Position numbers and translations under genes: made by a program. Shown here piece by piece: positions 1 through 8,779 of a DNA stretch of 34,759 nt. The stretch lies in contig CAZZDL010000004.1 of the NCBI GenBank assembly GCA_964652335.1, positions 1-34,759 on the forward strand. Reading direction: 5' to 3'. Below the pieces are notes generated by a model. The model worked only from the letters and a program-made list of their open reading frames with translations, was not told where the DNA came from and searched no databases. The DNA comes from Candidatus Micrarchaeota archaeon (GTDB taxonomy: Archaea > B1Sed10-29 > WALL01 > WAMD01). Position 1 is the stretch's first letter. Each line of letters starts with the position of its first letter.

Positions 1-75
1 GATTATTAAGGCGATTGCCTTAAAAAAAGATAGCTATTTTTATCTGCTCAAGACACAAGTATATTGGTGGCTTGA

Positions 76-1155
76 ATGAAAGGTTTAAGTTATATATTTG
101 CTCTTGTCATATTGTTTTCCCTGGCCCTTGGTGCTTCCCCACATGAGCACACATACCCTGTTGACATTTCTGTATTAGATGTATCACTACCAAGCGATAT
201 GAATATAAAAGATATCCAAGTAGGTGAGAAATACACGCTATACGCTCATATTCATATAAAACTTGATCCAGATGCATACATATACAAAGAATCCTACACA
301 GTATCAATGTACGATGGGAAATTACTATCAAAAGTTAGTTACACAATACCAAATCAGACAGAATACGAAGCATACATACCATTCATATGGACACCGACAT
401 CCCAAGGCAAACACATTATTGTTGCAATGGTTGATGAGGATAATGTGATATCAGAGACAAATGAAGATAACAATTTAGGCTTTATTTTTCTAAATGTAAA
501 TCCGAAAGAAGAATGGCCTACAACTGAGGGTGAATCTGGATCTCAAGAGATAACACAGAACCAGTCCACAACACCAATAACTAACATAACATCAACCAAT
601 ATAACAGGAGCAATACAGGTACCTGACTCAATGGGTAACATAACTACACAAAGTGAAGTTAGTGAAATTTATGTGAAAACTGGTGAAGCATTTTCTCTTT
701 ATATTGGACAACCTGCCAAAATAACAGATCTTACAGATCAAGAAGGTATCCCCTACAAAGTAATCCTTGACACCATAGCGTACGAAGGACACATGGTAAA
801 TGCAAGCAGTGAGAGTACTAATGAAGCAAAGATGGCAGCATTGATAAAAGTTGTATATGGAGAGGGAACAGAACACGAAAGTGTGGGATATCTACACTTG
901 GAGCCAGATCAGACAAAAGTATTCTTGAATGCATCAATAAGCCTATTGGGACTTAAAGATAATGAAGCTGTAATGGTCGTCAAAAAATTTGAACAATTTA
1001 TCCCTACAAGAGAACCTGTTAAAACCACTAAAGGCCCAGGCCAATCTGCTCCGGGGGAAGCTGAAAAATCTATTCCAGGAGAAGCAGAAAAGACTAGTAA
1101 TGTGTTTAACCCAATTGACATAATAGTTTCATTCGTGAAGACAATATTCCATTGA
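76..1155 (+). CDS. Secreted/surface protein with CARDB (Ig-like) domain
   Basis: N-terminal signal peptide (MKGLSYIFALVILFSLALGA), CARDB signature VDEDNVISETNEDNN, T/S-rich linker with N-x-T sequons, amphipathic C-terminus; GGTGG RBS upstream. Confidence 0.7.
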   Translation: MKGLSYIFALVILFSLALGASPHEHTYPVDISVLDVSLPSDMNIKDIQVGEKYTLYAHIHIKLDPDAYIYKESYTVSMYDGKLLSKVSYTIPNQTEYEAYIPFIWTPTSQGKHIIVAMVDEDNVISETNEDNNLGFIFLNVNPKEEWPTTEGESGSQEITQNQSTTPITNITSTNITGAIQVPDSMGNITTQSEVSEIYVKTGEAFSLYIGQPAKITDLTDQEGIPYKVILDTIAYEGHMVNASSESTNEAKMAALIKVVYGEGTEHESVGYLHLEPDQTKVFLNASISLLGLKDNEAVMVVKKFEQFIPTREPVKTTKGPGQSAPGEAEKSIPGEAEKTSNVFNPIDIIVSFVKTIFH

Positions 1156-1167
1156 TCGGAGATCTAG

Positions 1168-1725
1168 ATGGGAGACATCACTTTAGATAGAAAAACGTTT
1201 GAAGCGCTGGCGGCGGAGTCAAGAATTAGCATACTCAAAAGTCTTGCAAACAGAAGGAAAACACAATCAGAGCTGGCCAACGAGTTGGGACTATCAATTC
1301 CAACAGTGGCCGAGCACTTAAGAAAAATGGAATCTGCAGGGCTAGTTAGAAGGATAGACGAGAATAGAAAATGGATATACTACGAGCTAACAAACAAAGG
1401 AAGGAGCATAATAAAACCAAAAACATCAATGAGGTTTGTGTTTGTTTTGAGCGTATCCATAATCCTCATTTTAGCTGGGATTTTCTACTCCCCACTGTTC
1501 ATGCGACACGTACCTTACAGTGCAGCCGGCGAAGAGTGGGAAAAACCAGTTAAAGCGAGTGTCAGTGAAGAAACACCTGTAGGATTCACGACTAATGAGC
1601 AACAAGCCAACCTGCAAAAAGAAAGTGAACAAGACAGAGGAATAATTTCTGCAATACTGATATCCTCTGGAATAATCTTGTTAGTTTCATCAATAGCATG
1701 GCACAAAAAGAATGCTAAATTCTAG
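1168..1725 (+). CDS. ArsR-like winged-helix regulator with two C-terminal transmembrane helices
   Basis: ALAAESRISIL...TQSELANELGLSIPTVAEHLRKMESAGLV...YYELT wHTH followed by two hydrophobic segments. Confidence 0.8.
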   Translation: MGDITLDRKTFEALAAESRISILKSLANRRKTQSELANELGLSIPTVAEHLRKMESAGLVRRIDENRKWIYYELTNKGRSIIKPKTSMRFVFVLSVSIILILAGIFYSPLFMRHVPYSAAGEEWEKPVKASVSEETPVGFTTNEQQANLQKESEQDRGIISAILISSGIILLVSSIAWHKKNAKF

Positions 1726-1726
1726 C

Positions 1727-1753
1727 ATTTGCACAAAAAATAAATATGCAAAT
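1727..1753. promoter_or_regulatory. Inverted repeat, candidate operator upstream of the DUF134 gene
   Basis: ATTTGCA-N13-TGCAAAT enclosing an AT-rich TATA-like stretch, 15 nt before the ATG at 1769. Confidence 0.4.
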
Positions 1754-1768
1754 CTCCAAAAAACTAGT

Positions 1769-2107
1769 ATGCCTAGATGGAAATGGATGAGAGCTGGTTG
1801 GGGAAGAGGCAGACCTGCAAAACCTATAATGCTCGGTTGGATGCCAAACATATTCAGATTTGGTCCAAAACCAGGTCCGCCTGCAGGTATCATAACAATG
1901 GAACCTCCAGAGCTTGAGGTTTTGAGACTTGTAGATCTGCAGGGACTCACACAAGAGGAAGCAGGGGAAAAGCTTGGTGTATCTAGAGGGACTGTTTGGA
2001 GACTTCTTGAATCAGCAAGAAAAAAAGTCACTGACGCTCTTGTAAATGGAAAGGACATAATAATACAAACAAGAGAGGGAAAAAATGAAACTAGTAATCC
2101 TATATGA
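1769..2107 (+). CDS. DUF134 (UPF0251) family predicted DNA-binding protein
   Basis: GRP..., ELEVLRLVDLQGLTQEEAGEKLGVSRGTVWRLLESARKKVTDALVNGK is typical of DUF134; start placed at the MPR ATG. Confidence 0.85.
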   Translation: MPRWKWMRAGWGRGRPAKPIMLGWMPNIFRFGPKPGPPAGIITMEPPELEVLRLVDLQGLTQEEAGEKLGVSRGTVWRLLESARKKVTDALVNGKDIIIQTREGKNETSNPI

Positions 2108-2756
2108 CAACACCGCGAGAGTAGGTATACCTGGATGGGGTTTTTCTTGCCTAGTGGGAGGTACTCTCTTTGATCTAGGTTCTGATCCCTCAATACTAAA
2201 AAAGAATGCAGATGCGCTTGGAATAGACCTTAATAGAGTGAAAAATATCGTGATATCGCACGAGCATTCTGACCACTTTGGTGGTTTAGATTTTGATGCA
2301 ATCCCTGAATTCAGAGGGAAAAACATATTTGTAGGAGATTTCTTTTCTCAGTCGTTCAAAAGGTATATCAAAAAGAACGCAACTCTAAAACCGATTGACA
2401 AAGCTACTGAAATAACCAGAGGAACAACAATAGTACCGATGAAAAAAGAGTGTTTTCTAATAGTAGATAGTGACAAAGGGAGTACAATAATTACTGGCTG
2501 CTCTCATCCAGGAATAGTAAATATCATAAAAAGGGCGAAAGAGCTAAGGAGAAGGATTCATCTAGTAATTGGTGGATTCCATTTAGCTTGGAAAAGCAAG
2601 GGAGAAATTGATGAAATAGTAAAAGCATTCAGAGAATTTGGAGTGGAATCAGTCTGTCCTGCCCATTGCTCAGGAGAGATAGCACAAGAGGCATTCAGGG
2701 CTGCCTACGGCGAAGAATACATAGAGCCTGGTGTAGGAACAATGATAGAAGTCTAA
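2085..2756 (+). CDS. MBL-fold metallo-hydrolase (COG1237-like)
   Basis: WGFSCLV, LFDLG, SHEHSDHFGG, TGCSHPG, IGGFHL, PAHCSG motifs. Confidence 0.85.
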   Translation: MKLVILYDNTARVGIPGWGFSCLVGGTLFDLGSDPSILKKNADALGIDLNRVKNIVISHEHSDHFGGLDFDAIPEFRGKNIFVGDFFSQSFKRYIKKNATLKPIDKATEITRGTTIVPMKKECFLIVDSDKGSTIITGCSHPGIVNIIKRAKELRRRIHLVIGGFHLAWKSKGEIDEIVKAFREFGVESVCPAHCSGEIAQEAFRAAYGEEYIEPGVGTMIEV

Positions 2757-2757
2757 T

Positions 2758-3336
2758 CTACTTAAACTTTGAAAAGAATTCTTGCAAAGCCTTCCAATCT
2801 TCAACTATCTTTGCTTTCACTTCTCCACGGTACAAGCCGGCGGCAGGGTGAAACATTGGAACAAGCCAACCGTGCCAGACCAAGGTATCAATACGAATTG
2901 GTTTCCCATGTATCTTTGAAATTGGTTCCTTACCGATTCCAAACTTTTCCTGAAAGAAAGCCAGAGAAAATCTTCCAAGACTAACTACTACCCTTGGAGA
3001 TATCACTTGAAACTGCTCCTCCAACCAATGTCTGCAAGCCAGGATCTCGCTGGGAAGTGGATCTCTATTTCCTGGAGGTCTACACTTCACAACATTCCCA
3101 ATAAACACTTCCTCCCTTGACAATCCTGCTAGATCAAGAAGCTCATCCAAAAACTTGCCTGCCTGCCCAACAAATGGTCTTCCTTGCAAGTCCTCATTCC
3201 TACCAGGAGCTTCACCTACAAGCATAATCTTTGCATCCTCTGGCCCCTCTCCTGGAACTGGTTTATTTCTAGTTTTATACAAGGGACAGGCCTTGCACTC
3301 TTCTATTTGCCTTGCTATCTCTTCTAATGTGGGCAT
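2758..3336 (-). CDS. udg: Uracil-DNA glycosylase family 4 (4Fe-4S)
   Basis: CxxC, GEAPGRNED, GRPFVG, NVVKCRPPGNRDP, FHPAA motifs. Confidence 0.95.
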   Translation of the reverse strand: MPTLEEIARQIEECKACPLYKTRNKPVPGEGPEDAKIMLVGEAPGRNEDLQGRPFVGQAGKFLDELLDLAGLSREEVFIGNVVKCRPPGNRDPLPSEILACRHWLEEQFQVISPRVVVSLGRFSLAFFQEKFGIGKEPISKIHGKPIRIDTLVWHGWLVPMFHPAAGLYRGEVKAKIVEDWKALQEFFSKFK

Positions 3337-3383
3337 GCCAGATTTTGGGGAACCAATTTTAATAAGTCTAACGTTAACTCCTC

Positions 3384-3956
3384 GTGGAAGCCATTGATGA
3401 GCTATTGGAAATGCTTAAAGAGAGCATCAGCGTAGGATTAATTTACACACTAGTGGAATTACTTACTGGTAGCTTTCTGATCAGCATGGAAAAAGAGCTG
3501 CTGATAGTTCCAGGACTAGCCATAATGCTCCCTGGAATACTAGATCTAAGAGGAAACATATCGTCCACACTGGCATCCAGACTAGGATCCGCTTTACATA
3601 TGGGTTGGATGAAACCTAAGATCGCATTATCAGGAGAAGCTAGAGAAAACATAATAGCTAGCATACTCTTGTCAATTTCAATGAACGTCATAACCGCAGT
3701 CCTAGCCTTCCTAGTCGCCGCCATGCTGGGCATGGCGGCGGATGTGGGAAAGCTTGTTCTAGTGGCTGTGACTGCTGGAATTATTGCCAGTGCCATCTTG
3801 ATGAGCCTCACGCTAGTTATTACGGTCAAAAGCTTCCTGCATGGATGGGATCCAAATAATGTGACCATACCTGTCATAGCAACCCTAGGGGACATAGTAA
3901 TGATTGGTTCTCTTGTGCTGGTAGTAAAAATATTCCACATGGTTGGGTTCATATGA
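3384..3956 (+). CDS. MgtE-type divalent cation transporter membrane domain, first half
   Basis: PGILDLRGNISSTLASRLGSALHMG and GWDPNNVTIPVIATLGD motifs; about 5 TM helices; start uncertain (3384 GTG or 3411 ATG). Confidence 0.85.
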   Translation: MEAIDELLEMLKESISVGLIYTLVELLTGSFLISMEKELLIVPGLAIMLPGILDLRGNISSTLASRLGSALHMGWMKPKIALSGEARENIIASILLSISMNVITAVLAFLVAAMLGMAADVGKLVLVAVTAGIIASAILMSLTLVITVKSFLHGWDPNNVTIPVIATLGDIVMIGSLVLVVKIFHMVGFI

Positions 3957-4489
3957 CACACTACAATTGGAGAACAATAATAAGAGAATCTTTTGGGCCT
4001 TTACTTATGGCCCTTGTTTTCAGCCTAGCGTCAGGAATCTTTCTAAACTCTGCATTGAATATGAAAGAACTAATAGCCATACTCCTAGTACTGCCTGCCT
4101 TCATAAATATTGCAGGAGACATATCTGGAGTGGCAAGTGCAAGGATAACTACTGCTATGTACCTAGGAGAGGATAACAAAATATGGGTTAGTATTCTTGG
4201 TGGGTTTATAGTGGCATTTGTGTTGTTTGCATTCCTGGGCGTAGCAGCTGAGATAGTCCTAAATGCAATAGGAGATGGAATAGGACTAATAAAATTTGTA
4301 TCAATTACAACGATAGCCGGAATAATGGCTACTAGCCTATTGCTTGGCATCGCTCTCGGATTAGAAGTTTTAGGGAGAAAACTAGGTATGGATCCAAGTG
4401 ACCTTTCTATCCCTCTGCTATCTGCAACAGGAGACGCTGTCGGTGTATGGTTTTTAATATTCACTGCAAAAATCATAATGGGGGTATGA
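3953..4489 (+). CDS. MgtE-type divalent cation transporter membrane domain, second half
   Basis: PAFINIAGDISGVASARITTAMYLG and GMDPSDLSIPLLSATGD motifs; ATGA overlap with the upstream gene. Confidence 0.8.
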   Translation: MTHYNWRTIIRESFGPLLMALVFSLASGIFLNSALNMKELIAILLVLPAFINIAGDISGVASARITTAMYLGEDNKIWVSILGGFIVAFVLFAFLGVAAEIVLNAIGDGIGLIKFVSITTIAGIMATSLLLGIALGLEVLGRKLGMDPSDLSIPLLSATGDAVGVWFLIFTAKIIMGV

Positions 4490-4492
4490 GAT

Positions 4493-5032
4493 ATGAATGC
4501 AAAGGATATAATGAAGAATATGAGAAAAGAAAACTTAACTGTAGTTGATATAATAAAGAGAATGAAACACCTTAGCTCACTAATAATGGATCTGGCATTT
4601 GCTGCCCTTGTCACAGGAGATAAGGGATTGGCTAAGCACGTGGCAATGTTAGAAGAAGAGATGGATGTCTTACAGTATCAACTAGAGATAGGAGTAATGC
4701 TGGCCACTAGAAACTGGAAAGACGCAGAAAATTTCACGGCAATAAACAGGATTGCATCTGCAATGGAAGATATATCTGATGGAGCTGAAGAGCTTGTGGA
4801 TGCAGTAATAAGAGGATTTCCAATAGAGAAAAGCATTAGTCAAGCACTTGCTGAGGAAATGCAGCTAAAGGTTTATAAGGTAGGTAAAACTAAATTCTTG
4901 GGAAAAACTACTGACGAGTTGTCTAAAAGCTATGAGATTATAGGGTTGAAAAAAGCCGGGAAATGGATATATATGCCAAAAGAAAATTTCGTCTTAGACA
5001 AGGGAGACATGATAATACTTAGAAAGAGGTGA
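4493..5032 (+). CDS. PhoU-domain / TrkA-C (RCK_C) protein
   Basis: MKHLSSLIMDLAFAAL...LEEEMDVLQYQ...MEDISD PhoU bundle plus C-terminal IIGLKKAGKWIYMP...GDMIILR; usual partner of archaeal MgtE-domain genes. Confidence 0.8.
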   Translation: MNAKDIMKNMRKENLTVVDIIKRMKHLSSLIMDLAFAALVTGDKGLAKHVAMLEEEMDVLQYQLEIGVMLATRNWKDAENFTAINRIASAMEDISDGAEELVDAVIRGFPIEKSISQALAEEMQLKVYKVGKTKFLGKTTDELSKSYEIIGLKKAGKWIYMPKENFVLDKGDMIILRKR

Positions 5033-5037
5033 ACTGC

Positions 5038-6000
5038 ATGGAACTCGGCCTCTCTTTGGGTAAAAAGGCTAGTGGAGAATATGACTTAGTAATAATCGGT
5101 GGTGGTCCTGGAGGATTAACTGCCGCCATCTACGCGAGTAGAAGGAATTTGAAAACATTAGTAGTTGAGAAATCAGTATTTGGCGGGAATGTGGCATTAA
5201 CCACTACAATTGAAAATTATCCCGGATTCAAAAGCATAGATGGGAAGGAACTGGCAAAACGATTTGAGGAGCATGCCAGAGCTGCTGGGGCCGAGCTCGT
5301 GATAGATGAAATAGTAGATATTCAAAAATCAGAGGAAGGATTTATGCTAAGGGGAATTGAAGGGGAATACAAAGCAAAGGCAATAGTTATATCCAGTGGA
5401 TCCAAGCACAGGCCTCTAGACGTTCCAGGAGAAAAAGAGTTCCTAGGAAAAGGAGTATCCTATTGTGCAACATGTGACGCTCCGTTTTACAAAGGAAAGA
5501 CAGTAGCAGTGGTCGGTGGTGGGAACGCTGCAGTGAAGGATGCCAATTATTTGTCAGACATATGTAAGAAGGTCTATCTGATACATAGAAGGAATGAATT
5601 CAGGGCAGAGGAAGCAGATGTCCAGAAATTGAGAGAAAAGAACAATGTTGAATTTGTACTAGACTCTGTGATAGAGGAGATTATAGGTGATGACAAAGTC
5701 AAAAAGATAAGAGTAAAGAATGTAAAAACTGGTGAAGAAAAAGAACTAGAGTTGGATGGGATATTCATAGATATTGGAGAGATTCCAAATACTGACTTGT
5801 TCAAGGCCTTAAGTATACAGACAGACAAAAAAGGTTATATAGAAGTAAACAGAAAAATGGAGACCAACGTTCCAGGTGTTTTTGCAGCTGGAGATGTTAC
5901 TGGTGGCCTTGCTCAGATAGTGACCGCTGCTGCAGAAGGGGCTGTGGCTGCCATATCCGCGTATGAATTTATAAAAAAACCATATTGGGCAAAAAAGTAA
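5038..6000 (+). CDS. trxB: Thioredoxin-disulfide reductase
   Basis: GGGPGG FAD motif, CATCD active site, GGGNAA NAD(P)H motif, TNVPGVFAAGD. Confidence 0.95.
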   Translation: MELGLSLGKKASGEYDLVIIGGGPGGLTAAIYASRRNLKTLVVEKSVFGGNVALTTTIENYPGFKSIDGKELAKRFEEHARAAGAELVIDEIVDIQKSEEGFMLRGIEGEYKAKAIVISSGSKHRPLDVPGEKEFLGKGVSYCATCDAPFYKGKTVAVVGGGNAAVKDANYLSDICKKVYLIHRRNEFRAEEADVQKLREKNNVEFVLDSVIEEIIGDDKVKKIRVKNVKTGEEKELELDGIFIDIGEIPNTDLFKALSIQTDKKGYIEVNRKMETNVPGVFAAGDVTGGLAQIVTAAAEGAVAAISAYEFIKKPYWAKK

Positions 6001-6014
6001 AGGAGGAACTTTGC

Positions 6015-6656
6015 ATGATAGAAATGGATGAACAAACAAAGGCGCAGATAAAACAGATGTTTAATAATTTGGAAAACCCAGTTAGGCTAGTGTTTTTTAG
6101 TGGAGAGAACTGCCAATTCTGCGGACAAATAAAGGAAATTTTACAAATAATAAAAGACTTAGGTGGAGAAAAAATAATACTTGAGGAACATGACTTTGAC
6201 AAAGAAAAGGACTTAGCTAATGCTTTGGGCGTGGATAAATATCCTGCCACTGTGATAAAATCTGGAAAGAAAATGGTTTATTTTTACGGATTGATGAGCG
6301 GTTACGAATTTGGAACATTTATTGAAGATATAATGGATCTCTCAAAAGGAGACACTGAACTAGATGAAGAGGCAATTAGTAAACTAGAAAAAATTGATAG
6401 AGAGATCAGAATAATGGTGTTCGTCACACCCACTTGCCCATATTGTCCAAGAATGGTAAGACTGGCTCATAAATTCGCAATAATAAATCCAAAGATAAAG
6501 GCAGAAATGATAGAAGCTATGGAATTCCCAGATTTGTCTAATAAATATGCAGTAAGTGGAGTACCAAAAACAATAATAGATGACAAGGAAGCTCTGGTGG
6601 GAGCTGTTCCAGAACAGATGTTCTTGGAGAAGCTGGTAGCCGTAGCGTCCAGGTAA
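6015..6656 (+). CDS. Protein disulfide oxidoreductase (PDO, two thioredoxin folds)
   Basis: CQFC and CPYC motifs, SGYEFGTFIEDI, VSGVPKT; AGGAGG RBS before the ATG at 6015. Confidence 0.9.
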   Translation: MIEMDEQTKAQIKQMFNNLENPVRLVFFSGENCQFCGQIKEILQIIKDLGGEKIILEEHDFDKEKDLANALGVDKYPATVIKSGKKMVYFYGLMSGYEFGTFIEDIMDLSKGDTELDEEAISKLEKIDREIRIMVFVTPTCPYCPRMVRLAHKFAIINPKIKAEMIEAMEFPDLSNKYAVSGVPKTIIDDKEALVGAVPEQMFLEKLVAVASR

Positions 6657-6657
6657 G

Positions 6658-7878
6658 TTAGGTAACTAAGATAAGAATCGCTAGAGCTATTAGAACAACC
6701 CCCATTATTAATCTAAATTTCTCTTTGTTTTCCATTAATATTTCATTAGCTTTTTTCAGTCCAAGGTTAGATGCGATCTCTGATGCTTTCTTACCGCCTA
6801 GAGCAATTACAAGCATGCCAACCGGTGGGAGCACAAATATAAGATTGTAAATAAGTAAGTAACCAAACAGTTGGAGGGGGTTCATACCAGTGGACACAAA
6901 GTAGAATATTGCACCCAGATACATTATTCCAGAACAAGGAAATTCCACCACTGTTATGAGAACCGCGATTGAGATTATTGCTGGGATAGACGCTTTCTTT
7001 GCCAGTTCTATGACCTTTTTCTTATGTTCTTCATTTATATTGAAGGTTATGCCTTTCCCCCACCAGAAATAGTCCTTTATGTTCACTACCCCAGCGAACA
7101 CGAGTATGGCAGCGACCACTATCTTTGTGGCAGTTGCTATTTCAGAGGCAAACAGGCTAAGCTGGTTAACAATGTACACCGCCCCAAGCGTTAAAAGAAC
7201 GCCTATGCCTAAGTACGTGAAGTATATGGATGCTACGTAGATTATACCAAAGTCTCTCATTTTCTTGTATTCCTTTATGGAAGCTAGTGTTCCCAGCATT
7301 ATCAATAAAACTGCCATTATGCATGGGTTTATTGAATCTGCTGCGGCGGTCCCTATTAGAAAAGCCAGATCAGCGAACACATTTCTTTCAACATTTGTAA
7401 CCCCACCATATACTTTTTCCTGATTTTTCATGGCTAACTCTGTAACATTGCGTATCTCTGATATTATTGGAGTATCCCCTTGGAGAATTGTTCCGTTAAA
7501 CGGATCTGTGGTAAATATGACTGCTGTCGGAACTCCTGCTACAATTCCATACCTGCTTACAACTTCACTAAATAAGGCATGAGCTTTTGGATCTTTATCT
7601 ACTAGATATTTAGTTACATTAACATAATCTGGTAGTTCGTCTAACACGCCAGACATGAGAACCCTATGACAATGGGGGCACCAAGATGCATAGAAAAACC
7701 AAACAGAGACATTTGCACGTTCTGGGGTATTATGTTGAGCTAAGTAATTATCACTAATAGTCTGATTATCAACACAGATATCCTCTGATGGTGGACAATA
7801 AGCGTATGAGCTGGACAAAAACACAACTGCAACTAAAAGCATAACTACATATGTTATAGCTCTCTTCCTGTTTAACAT
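6658..7878 (-). CDS. Membrane protein: extracytoplasmic thioredoxin-like domain fused to a CcdA/DsbD-beta-like domain
   Basis: Signal/anchor helix, FYASWCPHC, GVPT cis-Pro motif, then DSINPC and VEFPCSG conserved cysteines within a multi-TM domain; start chosen after GGTGGTGG RBS (ORF is open to 7911). Confidence 0.8.
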   Translation of the reverse strand: MLNRKRAITYVVMLLVAVVFLSSSYAYCPPSEDICVDNQTISDNYLAQHNTPERANVSVWFFYASWCPHCHRVLMSGVLDELPDYVNVTKYLVDKDPKAHALFSEVVSRYGIVAGVPTAVIFTTDPFNGTILQGDTPIISEIRNVTELAMKNQEKVYGGVTNVERNVFADLAFLIGTAAADSINPCIMAVLLIMLGTLASIKEYKKMRDFGIIYVASIYFTYLGIGVLLTLGAVYIVNQLSLFASEIATATKIVVAAILVFAGVVNIKDYFWWGKGITFNINEEHKKKVIELAKKASIPAIISIAVLITVVEFPCSGIMYLGAIFYFVSTGMNPLQLFGYLLIYNLIFVLPPVGMLVIALGGKKASEIASNLGLKKANEILMENKEKFRLIMGVVLIALAILILVT

Positions 7879-7890
7879 TCCCACCACCAA

Positions 7891-7941
7891 AGAAACTTGC
7901 TCTGAAACCATATATAAATTTAAGTTTCAAATTCTGAAACT
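7891..7941. promoter_or_regulatory. Divergent promoter with repeated GAAAC/GTTTC operator-like sites
   Basis: TATATAAA at 7911-7918; AGTTTCA-N5-TGAAACT palindrome at 7923-7941; extra half-sites TGAAACC (7903) and AGAAACT (7891). Confidence 0.5.
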
Positions 7942-7946
7942 ATCCT

Positions 7947-8405
7947 ATGGATGGAGATATGAAAAGAATAGTATTTGGTCTTGGAATGATTTCTGGATTC
8001 ATTTTCTTGGTTGCATTCTTATCTTTGATGCTTCAATCAAGCCTTCCACCTGAGTTGTGCACCTGTGAACCATGGGCATGGCTACCATATCTTTTACCTT
8101 TATTGGCATCGTTGGGGATATTCGTTGGAGGAATTGTTTACTATTTAACAGCAACAGGAATGAAAGAAAGGGGAAAAGCGTTAGTAGCAGATGCTTTGCT
8201 TAACTGCTTGCCTGATGAAGAGGCAAAAGTAATACGCGTACTTCTAACAGGGCCAACCACTCAAGCAGAGATATCTAGAAAAACTGGATTAGGAAAAGTA
8301 AAAACACACAGAATAATAAAATCACTAAAGGCAAAAAACATAGTAGACGTCAAGCCGTTTGGCAAAACAAGGCTAATTACACTAATTCTAAAGACAGATT
8401 CATAA
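7947..8405 (+). CDS. Membrane-anchored winged-helix regulator (2 TM + C-terminal wHTH, COG2512-like)
   Basis: Two hydrophobic helices flanking LCTCEP, then LPDEEAKVIRVL...TQAEISRKTGLGKVKTHRIIKSL...GKTRLI. Confidence 0.8.
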   Translation: MDGDMKRIVFGLGMISGFIFLVAFLSLMLQSSLPPELCTCEPWAWLPYLLPLLASLGIFVGGIVYYLTATGMKERGKALVADALLNCLPDEEAKVIRVLLTGPTTQAEISRKTGLGKVKTHRIIKSLKAKNIVDVKPFGKTRLITLILKTDS

Positions 8406-8585
8406 TCCCGACCGAAGGCCTACTTTATGTAGTCCGCAGGGTTAGAAGGGGTGCAACCCCTCTAGCGGGCACGGGGGGATTTGAACAGAGGAACCTCCTA
8501 CGGTCGGCTCACGGGCCATCGCCCTACAGCCACCAGCGGGTTCCCTCTACCCTCCTGCAACCGACTCATAATCCCGACCGAAGGC
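8400..8585. repeat. 20-bp direct repeat A
   Basis: TCATAATCCCGACCGAAGGC identical at 8400-8419 and 8566-8585. Confidence 0.9.
8463..8486 (-). repeat. Duplicate of the tRNA-Arg 3' end (att-like)
   Basis: TAGCGGGCACGGGGGGATTTGAAC identical to 8640-8663; identity begins at the T-loop GTTCAAAT. Confidence 0.9.
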
Positions 8586-8642
8586 TAGCCTATCGCAGAG
8601 CGATAGGCTCCGTTCGCGGCGTAAACGGACGCGGCGGTTTAG

Positions 8643-8733
8643 CGGGCACGGGGGGATTTGAACCCCCGATCGCCGGCTTTCCCCCTTTCGGAGTTAGGAG
8701 GCCGGCGCCTTATCCTGGCTAGGCTACGTGCCC
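8643..8733 (-). tRNA. tRNA-Arg(CCT) with a 16-nt intron at position 37/38 (intron 8679-8694)
   Basis: Cloverleaf GGGCACG/CGTGCCC, D-arm GCCT/AGGC, anticodon stem CCGGC/GCCGG, anticodon CCT at 8696-8698, T-arm GGGGG-TTCAAAT-CCCCC; the intron can form a bulge-helix-bulge; CCA not encoded. Confidence 0.95.
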
Positions 8734-8760
8734 ACGGCTCTTAATTATTGCCCAAAGAGG

Positions 8761-8774
8761 ATTAAAAAACTTTT
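8761..8774 (-). promoter_or_regulatory. BRE/TATA promoter of tRNA-Arg
   Basis: AAAAG-TTTTTTAAT about 28 nt upstream of the tRNA 5' end. Confidence 0.55.
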
Positions 8775-8779
8775 GTCAG

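Noticed and set aside
8505-8530. Fluoride riboswitch (GGCGATGG on the minus strand)
   Set aside because: The downstream CGCC pairing and the conserved 3' motif are missing, and no suitable gene follows.
8463-8560. Second, split or permuted tRNA
   Set aside because: Only the 3' T-arm strand and acceptor strand are present; I found no matching 5' T-stem, anticodon arm or D-arm.
8400-8663. CRISPR array
   Set aside because: Two different repeats alternate, one is a tRNA end, spacing is irregular, and there are no cas genes in the window.
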